Origin: an uncultured Prevotellaceae bacterium
Lineage (GTDB): Bacteria; Bacteroidota; Bacteroidia; Bacteroidales; Bacteroidaceae
DNA: 64,000 nucleotides
Direction of reading: 5' to 3'
NCBI GenBank assembly: GCA_902782305.1
Contig: CACZMV010000005.1
Coordinates: 9,008-73,007 of the forward strand
Shown here: piece after piece, positions 57,734 through 64,000 of the stretch
Layout: each line of letters begins with the position of its first letter
Numbering within the stretch: position 1 is the first letter of the stretch
Position numbers and translations under genes: made by a program
Notes under the pieces: model-generated
What the model saw: the letters and a program-made list of their open reading frames with translations, nothing else
The model's database searches: none
Told to the model about the DNA's origin: nothing

Positions 57734-58786
57734 ATGGATATAAAGCAATATACGAATGATGCAGTGGAGCTGCTGATGCAGCTCATCAAAACGCCGTCGG
57801 TAAGTCGCGAAGAAGCGGCTGCTGCTGACATTTTAGCCGATTTCATCGGGAAGTGGGGCATGCCCTATGAACGCATTGGGAACAATATTCTCATTCAAGA
57901 GAACATTGACCCTGAGAAACCGACGCTGTTGCTCAATGCACACATCGACACGGTGAAACCTGTGGCATCGTGGACGCGTGACCCGTTTACGCCCACTATC
58001 AAGGGCGACCGTCTGTATGGACTGGGCGCCAACGACTGCGGGGGCGGGCTGGTAAGCCTGCTGCAGGTGTATAGGATACTGCGAGGCGAAGCCAATTACA
58101 ATCTGGTGTATCTGGCTTCGTGCGAAGAGGAGGTGAGCGGTGAGAACGGCTTTTCCTTGGCCCTGTCCCACCTGCCCAAGATTGACGTGGCCATTGTGGG
58201 TGAACCGACGGGTATGCATCCAGCTATTGCCGAGAAAGGACTGATGGTTATTGACGGTGTGGCTCGTGGAAAGAGTGGACATGCCGCCCGCAACGAGGGT
58301 GTGAACGCCATCTACGAAGCCTTGGACGACCTGCTATGGTTGCGCGACTACCGTTTTAAGAAAGAGAGTCCGCTGTTAGGAGCAACCCAGATGACGGTGA
58401 CGGTGATTAACAGCGGTACGCAGCATAATGTAGTGCCCGACGAGTGCCACTTCGTCATCGACGTGCGCACCAACGAATACTACCAGAACGAATACCTGTT
58501 CTCCTTCCTGCAGAAACACATGAAGAAAAGCGAGCTGAAAGCCCGCTCCTTCCGTCTGTCGTCCTCGCATATTCCCGTAGGAAACCCCTTGGTGCAGAAG
58601 AGCATCAAGATGGGTATGGTACCATTTGGGTCTCCCACGCTCAGCGACCAGGCGCTTATGCCATTCCCCTCCATGAAACTGGGACCAGGAGAAAGCTGTC
58701 GCAGTCACAGTGCGGACGAGTTTATCTGCATTAGTGAAATTGCAAATGCCATTGAGGCATATTGCAATTTACTAAATGAGAAATGA
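57734..58786 (+). CDS. argE: M20 family deacylase (ArgE-like)
   Basis: LNAHIDTV, LYGLGANDCGG, CEEE, IVGEPT, GHAA and SHSADEFI motifs; start MDIK at 57734. Confidence 0.8.
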   Translation: MDIKQYTNDAVELLMQLIKTPSVSREEAAAADILADFIGKWGMPYERIGNNILIQENIDPEKPTLLLNAHIDTVKPVASWTRDPFTPTIKGDRLYGLGANDCGGGLVSLLQVYRILRGEANYNLVYLASCEEEVSGENGFSLALSHLPKIDVAIVGEPTGMHPAIAEKGLMVIDGVARGKSGHAARNEGVNAIYEALDDLLWLRDYRFKKESPLLGATQMTVTVINSGTQHNVVPDECHFVIDVRTNEYYQNEYLFSFLQKHMKKSELKARSFRLSSSHIPVGNPLVQKSIKMGMVPFGSPTLSDQALMPFPSMKLGPGESCRSHSADEFICISEIANAIEAYCNLLNEK

Positions 58787-58845
58787 GGAATGAGGAATGA
58801 GAAATGACGGGTTTCTCATTTCTCATTTGGCGCAAAGCGCCTTTA
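58773..58845. repeat. Two head-to-head truncated R arms between convergent genes
   Basis: taaatgag..aaatgacggg (argE side), then tttctcatttctcattt ggcgc-aaa-gcgcc (EnvC side). Confidence 0.85.
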
Positions 58846-60333
58846 TCTTCCCAGCCAGCTTTCGGGGTTCAACTTCTGCGTTTCCTTACGCAACTGGAAC
58901 TGCAGGATGTTGTCCTGACCAACGCGACCCAGTGCCTGACGGGTGGTCACCTTCTGACCACGGCGCACGTTGACGCTGGACAGGTTGCAGTATACGGAGA
59001 TGTAGCTGCCGTGGCGCACCATGACGACGACGGTGCCACCAAAACTGAACACGGCGCTGACCTCACCGTCGAAGATGCTGCGGGCCTGGGCTCCGGCTTC
59101 TCCCTTGATATTGATACCCTTATTGTCGAGCGTTACATTATGCAGACCCTCTACATTATACTGTCCGAAGTGGCTGACAATGCGGTAGGCACCTGTGATA
59201 GGAATGGGCAGACGACCGCGGTTGCTCTCGAAGCTACCGCTGATGCGCAAGTCCTCCGCAGGCGTCAGCAAAGACTCCTCAGCCTTTCGCGCAGTTTCTT
59301 CCTCCCTACGGGCATTCTCCTCGGCCTTAGCATGCTCCATGGCACGGCGACGGGCTTCCTCGCGGGCTTCCTTGGTCTTAGCAGCAGCTGCCTCAGCTTC
59401 CGCTTTCTTACGGGCTTCCTCGGCTCGCTTACGAGCCTCAGCAGCAGCACGTTTTCTGGCAGCCTCCGCTTCCGCACGACGCTTGGCCTCAGCAGCAGCA
59501 CGTGCCTTCTGGCGGGCTACCTCCTCAGCGATTAACCTGTCAATCTGGGCATTCAGTGCTGCATCTTTCCGCTTCTGCTGGGCGATGATATTCTGGATGG
59601 AACGCTGTTCCTTCTGCAGACTCTTCACCACATTCTGATGTTCGGTCTGTTTGCCTTCCAAGTCTCTGCGTTCCCGTTCACCCTTTACCAAGAGCTGTGT
59701 CTTCTGACGCTTGGCAACGCTGATTTCCTGGAACTTGTTATTGACCGCCTCCTGCTGGGCTTTTACCTCGTCGCCCTGAACATGCTGATAGGCCGCATAC
59801 TCACGCATGAAGCGCATTCGGCGCACCATCTGCGTCAGGTTGTCGGCACTGAAGATGAACATCAGCTGACTCTGGTTCGACTTGTTACGATGCAGGTAGC
59901 GCATAGACTTCACATAACGGCGCTTGCACTCGTTCAATTCGTCCTGTAAGGTCTCCAACTGCCGACAAAGACTATCTATCTCCACATCCAGTTCGCTGAT
60001 ATTACGACGGATGGTGTCGATGGTACGGCGCTTTCCCTCAATCTCGGTGTTGATGATCATGAGGTTCTGCAATCGTTTCTTCACATCCTGCTGGTTGGTG
60101 CGTAGCTTCTTTTCTTGTTCCTTGATTTGTTGCTGAAGCTTCTGGCGCTGGTTTTGCAAGGCCTGCACGGAAGCCGGCTGAGCGGTTGTCGTCTTCGTGG
60201 TGGTCTTCTTCCTTGTGCTCTTCTTAGACTGCACGGCGGTCTTCCTCGTCGTAGTCGTACGCTTCGAACGAGTCTGTGCCTGCGGAGCCAGTGTGAAGGC
60301 CAACAACAATAATATAATACTTATTCGCTTCAT
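58843..60333 (-). CDS. Murein hydrolase activator EnvC family (coiled coil + degenerate M23)
   Basis: Signal peptide, long coiled coil, GRLPIPI..NKGINI..VRHGSYISVYCNL..LNPESWL. Confidence 0.88.
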   Translation of the reverse strand: MKRISIILLLLAFTLAPQAQTRSKRTTTTRKTAVQSKKSTRKKTTTKTTTAQPASVQALQNQRQKLQQQIKEQEKKLRTNQQDVKKRLQNLMIINTEIEGKRRTIDTIRRNISELDVEIDSLCRQLETLQDELNECKRRYVKSMRYLHRNKSNQSQLMFIFSADNLTQMVRRMRFMREYAAYQHVQGDEVKAQQEAVNNKFQEISVAKRQKTQLLVKGERERRDLEGKQTEHQNVVKSLQKEQRSIQNIIAQQKRKDAALNAQIDRLIAEEVARQKARAAAEAKRRAEAEAARKRAAAEARKRAEEARKKAEAEAAAAKTKEAREEARRRAMEHAKAEENARREEETARKAEESLLTPAEDLRISGSFESNRGRLPIPITGAYRIVSHFGQYNVEGLHNVTLDNKGINIKGEAGAQARSIFDGEVSAVFSFGGTVVVMVRHGSYISVYCNLSSVNVRRGQKVTTRQALGRVGQDNILQFQLRKETQKLNPESWLGR

Positions 60334-60342
60334 TCCTGTTGT

Positions 60343-61287
60343 TTAGAGTGCCATGAAGCGACGCAGTATCTCGTCGACCTCAACCTGACGATATTTACCA
60401 GACAACATGGTACGTGTCTCCCAGTTGTCCTCATGGTCTATCTTACTCAGCATCATTTCAAACTTGATTTCCTTCTGGGGAGTAATCAAACCCACCTTAT
60501 GAAGCATGGGGAAATGCTTCGAGTTGATGCGCTGGAAATCCTCATAGTCCCAGTTCAACTGGTAGTTGCCGCGGAACCTGTCATTATACATGATGTTGGC
60601 CATTTCCACCAGCTTTGAAGATTGTTCCGTGAGCCAGCGATACGACAGTTTGCCGTCCTCCATCGCTATCACCACGTCATCGTCGGCACCCAGTTCGGTC
60701 TTATAACTCTTCATATTGCTGTCGGCAAGATGCGCCTTACCAGGCTGGAACAGTTCGTTCCAGAAGAGAGCCTGGATGACATAGAAGTCGATATGGCTGT
60801 TGCGCAAGAAGTCGAGGTGTGCATACGGCACCTTCAGATACTGCTTATTGATACGGTCGATGATCAGCACATAGTCGGGCGTGAACTCCAGACGACCTGC
60901 CTCCACGAAACCGAAGGCCATCAGCTGCAAGCGAATGACATCGTCGCGCTTCATCTTCAGGTTACCCGTCAGCGTCATCTGCTGGGCACCCACCTCTACC
61001 GTGAACTTGATCTTCGACGTGATGAAACGAGCATGCTGGGCATTGTCGTTCACCTCCTGCAGGAACGTAAGCCTCTGGATCGAATCCGTCAGGTCCGGCT
61101 TTCCGTCGGCCTTGACCTCTGCGGCTACGGGTGCAGCGCTATTTCTCTTGACTGTCCTCGATGCGGACTGTTCGCTTTTGGGGATAACGGTTCCCTTTCT
61201 GCCCAGTCCTTTCATCGAACTACACGAGGTTACAACGACCAGTGCTGCCATGCAGGCGGTCACTGTCAAGAAACGTAATGTCTTCAT
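60343..61287 (-). CDS. DUF4292 lipoprotein
   Basis: Lipobox VTSC; MKRDDVIRL..EAGRLEFTPDYVLIIDRINKQY..QALFWN; dut-TPR-DUF4292-EnvC order is typical of Bacteroidota. Confidence 0.8.
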   Translation of the reverse strand: MKTLRFLTVTACMAALVVVTSCSSMKGLGRKGTVIPKSEQSASRTVKRNSAAPVAAEVKADGKPDLTDSIQRLTFLQEVNDNAQHARFITSKIKFTVEVGAQQMTLTGNLKMKRDDVIRLQLMAFGFVEAGRLEFTPDYVLIIDRINKQYLKVPYAHLDFLRNSHIDFYVIQALFWNELFQPGKAHLADSNMKSYKTELGADDDVVIAMEDGKLSYRWLTEQSSKLVEMANIMYNDRFRGNYQLNWDYEDFQRINSKHFPMLHKVGLITPQKEIKFEMMLSKIDHEDNWETRTMLSGKYRQVEVDEILRRFMAL

Positions 61288-63056
61288 TCTTTCAGATATT
61301 TCTTTAGTTTTATTTTTCTAATCAATACTTGTCTTCTGGGACCCTGTATCTCCTTGTCATTGCCTGCGACGGCACGGTCCAACGACTGCTGCCAGAACAC
61401 CAGGGCCTTGTCGGTGTCGCCAACGTGATAATAGATGTCGCCGGCATGTTCCAACAAGACGGCCGACGTGTCGCTATCGTTCTGCAAGGTCTGATCGATA
61501 TAGATGCGGGCCTCGCTGTATCGTTTCTGCATAAACAGAATCCAGGCGTAGGTGTCCAGATAGGTGGCATTCTTCGGTTCCGCCTTGATGGTACGGTACG
61601 ACATCTGCTCCGCCTTGTCCAGTTGCTCTCCTTTGATGCTCAGGTAATAGGCGTAGTTGTTCAGACAAGCGATGTTATCGTCCTTCCACTGCAGACAAGA
61701 GTCGTAGGCTGCATAAGCCTCGCGGTCCATGCCTTTCTGGTGCATGATGTCGCCCATCACCGCATAGAAGTCGCTGACGATGGCAGGGTCGCTCTGCTGG
61801 GTGATGACTCCGATACCATTCTGGAAAGCATCCAGTGCCTCGTCCAACTGACTGTTCTGGTAATAAGCAATGCCCTGATAGTAATAAAAGGCCATTTCAT
61901 CGGGGTTATACTGGCGCGCCTCCTTACACAACGCTATCACCTTATCACGGTCTTCGTTCTGCCAAGCATAGCTGACTAGTTGCAAGCGGGCAGCGGCATT
62001 GTCGGGGGCTATCTGGATGGCTTTCTCCAGCACAGCACCAATGCTATCCTTTGGCATCTTCTTCAGATTCATATAGGTGGCACAGAAGAGGGCCATATCA
62101 GCGTCGCTCTGTGGCAGGTCCAGCATGCGATGGAACAGCTGCAACACACGGGTAGAGTCGCCTCCCGACCGTTCGCTCTCGCCAATCACCTGACGCATCA
62201 GTGTCACACGGTCTTCCGTCGAGCTCTGCTTGTTCAGCAGAATCTCTTCTATCAGTCGGTTGGCAGCGGCAGAGTCATGCTGTTCGTTATAGTGAGCCAG
62301 CATCGCCATCTGCGCATTACGGTTGTCGGGGTCGTCCTTTAGAATCTCATGATAGATGGCCAGCGCCTTCTTCTGCTGACCGTTGACATAAAGGGTGTTG
62401 CCATACAGACAGCGGTAGTTGTTATCGTGCGGATATTGGTCGGCCAACTTCTTCATCTCGCTGATGGCCGCCTTCTTGTCGCCTTTCTGCGTAAACAGGC
62501 TGCTCTTGGCAAACGACAAGCGCTCCGACTTACCCTCCAGGGTCTCCAGACGGTTCAGCGTACGGATGGCATTGTCGTAGTCCTGTTGCTGTTCATAAAG
62601 CTGTACCAACATGCCCAGCACCTCGTCGCGCTCACGACTCTTGTCGTAGAGACGCTCCAGCATCTCAATACCCTCAGCATACTGGCGCTGGGAGATATAG
62701 ACATTCGCCAAGGTCTCCAGATAGGTGGTGTTGTCAGGTTCCAAGTCCACCGCCTTCTTCATCATCCCCAGCATCTTGTCCTTCTGCTTCAGCGCTCCAT
62801 AGTATTGAGCCAAATAGAAGTAAGCCTCGGAACGGGTAGAGTCGATGTCCACACAATGGCGCAGCAGGTCGAAAGCCGCATCGCTGTTGCCTTTTTCTCT
62901 CTGCACGATGGCTTCCAAGAAGAAATTATCGTAGCGCTGCTGCACATTCTGTGCTGTGCAAATGAGGAATGAGAAATGAGAAATGAGAAATGTAAATGTA
63001 AAAATGAAAAATGCTCTCATTCTCGCACTCGTACTAAATACCTTCAATCTTTTCAT
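61284..63056 (-). CDS. Tetratricopeptide repeat protein
   Basis: Multiple TPRs; LNNYAYYLS and YLDTYAWILF; start MKRL at 63056. Confidence 0.88.
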   Translation of the reverse strand: MKRLKVFSTSARMRAFFIFTFTFLISHFSFLICTAQNVQQRYDNFFLEAIVQREKGNSDAAFDLLRHCVDIDSTRSEAYFYLAQYYGALKQKDKMLGMMKKAVDLEPDNTTYLETLANVYISQRQYAEGIEMLERLYDKSRERDEVLGMLVQLYEQQQDYDNAIRTLNRLETLEGKSERLSFAKSSLFTQKGDKKAAISEMKKLADQYPHDNNYRCLYGNTLYVNGQQKKALAIYHEILKDDPDNRNAQMAMLAHYNEQHDSAAANRLIEEILLNKQSSTEDRVTLMRQVIGESERSGGDSTRVLQLFHRMLDLPQSDADMALFCATYMNLKKMPKDSIGAVLEKAIQIAPDNAAARLQLVSYAWQNEDRDKVIALCKEARQYNPDEMAFYYYQGIAYYQNSQLDEALDAFQNGIGVITQQSDPAIVSDFYAVMGDIMHQKGMDREAYAAYDSCLQWKDDNIACLNNYAYYLSIKGEQLDKAEQMSYRTIKAEPKNATYLDTYAWILFMQKRYSEARIYIDQTLQNDSDTSAVLLEHAGDIYYHVGDTDKALVFWQQSLDRAVAGNDKEIQGPRRQVLIRKIKLKKYLKE

Positions 63057-63120
63057 TCCTAATTTCTCATTTAGGGCAAAGCCCGTCATTTCTCATTACT
63101 CATTCCTCATTTCTCATTTC
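62960..63120. repeat. Inverted heptamer arm pair spanning the dut stop and the TPR start/signal peptide
   Basis: L arm 62960-63013; R arm 63053-63120 with GGGC-AAA-GCCC. Confidence 0.9.
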
Positions 63121-63551
63121 ACGCCAGTGTGACCATAGCCGCCTTCACCACGCTCCGTCTGGTCCAGTTCCTCAACGACTACGAGGTCGCCCTGCTCATG
63201 ACGGGCAATGACCATCTGAGCAATGCGCTCGCCATCGTTGATGACGAAGTCCTCCTGCGACAGGTTGATGAGCACCACGCCTATCTCACCACGATAGTCG
63301 GCATCGATGGTTCCTGGAGTGTTCAGCACCGTCAAGCCATGCTTCAGAGCCAGTCCACTGCGTGGGCGCACCTGTGCCTCATAGCCCTCAGGCAGGGCGA
63401 TATGCAGACCCGTAGGAATCAGTCGGCGCTCCATGGGGTGCAGGGTGATGGGCTCACTCAGATTGGCTCTCAGGTCCATGCCGGCACTCTGAGGCGTAGC
63501 GTATGCGGGCAGCTGTTGATGTCCGCGGTTTACAACTTTAATCTTGATCAT
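63114..63551 (-). CDS. dut: dUTP diphosphatase
   Basis: [27 protein letters not shown] and [10 protein letters not shown] motifs. Confidence 0.97.
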   Translation of the reverse strand: MIKIKVVNRGHQQLPAYATPQSAGMDLRANLSEPITLHPMERRLIPTGLHIALPEGYEAQVRPRSGLALKHGLTVLNTPGTIDADYRGEIGVVLINLSQEDFVINDGERIAQMVIARHEQGDLVVVEELDQTERGEGGYGHTGVK

Positions 63552-63752
63552 TTCGAAATGCTTCTATTATAAATAATGTGCAAAGGTAGTCATTTCCCGT
63601 CAAACAACCATCATTTTCATACAAATTTGTATCTTTTTATCATTTCGAGGGAGAATTCATCTATTTAAACAGGTTTGTAGAACCTCCCTTTTTCAAAAAA
63701 ATGAAACGGTCGTTTGGCTGTCTCATTTTTTATTCGTACCTTCGCAGCCGTT

Positions 63753-64000
63753 ATGGATTGGATACAACTGATATCGAATAAGCGACTGGGACAGGAGCAC
63801 CGTCATACGGAGCGCCACGACGACCGTACGGAGTTTAAGCGCGACTATGACCGACTGATTTTCTCGGCCCCGTTTCGCAGACTGCAGAACAAGACACAGG
63901 TGTTCCCCCTGCCTGGGAGCATCTTCGTACATAACCGACTGACTCACTCACTGGAGGTGGCGAGCGTGGGTATGTCGCTAGGCAACGACGTGGCACAGCG
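63753..64000 (+). CDS. dgt: Deoxyguanosinetriphosphate triphosphohydrolase (5' part)
   Basis: MDWIQLIS..RTEFKRDYDRLIFSAPFRRLQNKTQVFP..HNRLTHSLEV; runs off the window. Confidence 0.92.
   Translation, partial: MDWIQLISNKRLGQEHRHTERHDDRTEFKRDYDRLIFSAPFRRLQNKTQVFPLPGSIFVHNRLTHSLEVASVGMSLGNDVAQ

Overview
Chromosomal window from a Bacteroidota genome, most likely a Prevotellaceae member. This is inferred from TAnnTTTG promoters, T9SS-type C-termini and gene content. Housekeeping genes occupy both ends: an M28 peptidase fragment, DUF4294, two ComEA/HhH proteins, GT4, manC, tRNA-Leu(CAA), two NSS transporters and VanZ on the left; CYTH, prfB, fadD, an M20 deacylase, EnvC, DUF4292, a TPR protein, dut and dgt on the right. 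Between them is a ~41 kb all-minus-strand surface-structure locus: an AraC/TPR regulator, a DUF3575-OmpA-like protein, five type V pilin-like lipoproteins, and three large secreted proteins of 4019, 1283 and 4820 aa. The 4820-aa protein is built of duplicated VYGGG-repeat modules and carries a GC-rich in-frame patch. The most unusual signal is non-coding. A ~55-68 bp structured heptamer (AAATGAG) arm occurs in 13 clusters, mostly as inverted pairs with near-strict polarity relative to transcription. One pair encloses a four-helix-bundle (TIGR02436/IVS/Avd-like) gene; the other pairs hold only short spacers. A DUF559 nuclease gene and an AAA ATPase gene are likewise bracketed by their own repeat families. 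Periodic 7-, 9-, 11- and 22-bp repeats lie inside coding sequence, including signal peptides, stop codons and prfB. I recognised no transposase, integrase, reverse transcriptase or CRISPR array. All protein calls come from motif recognition by eye; no searches were run.
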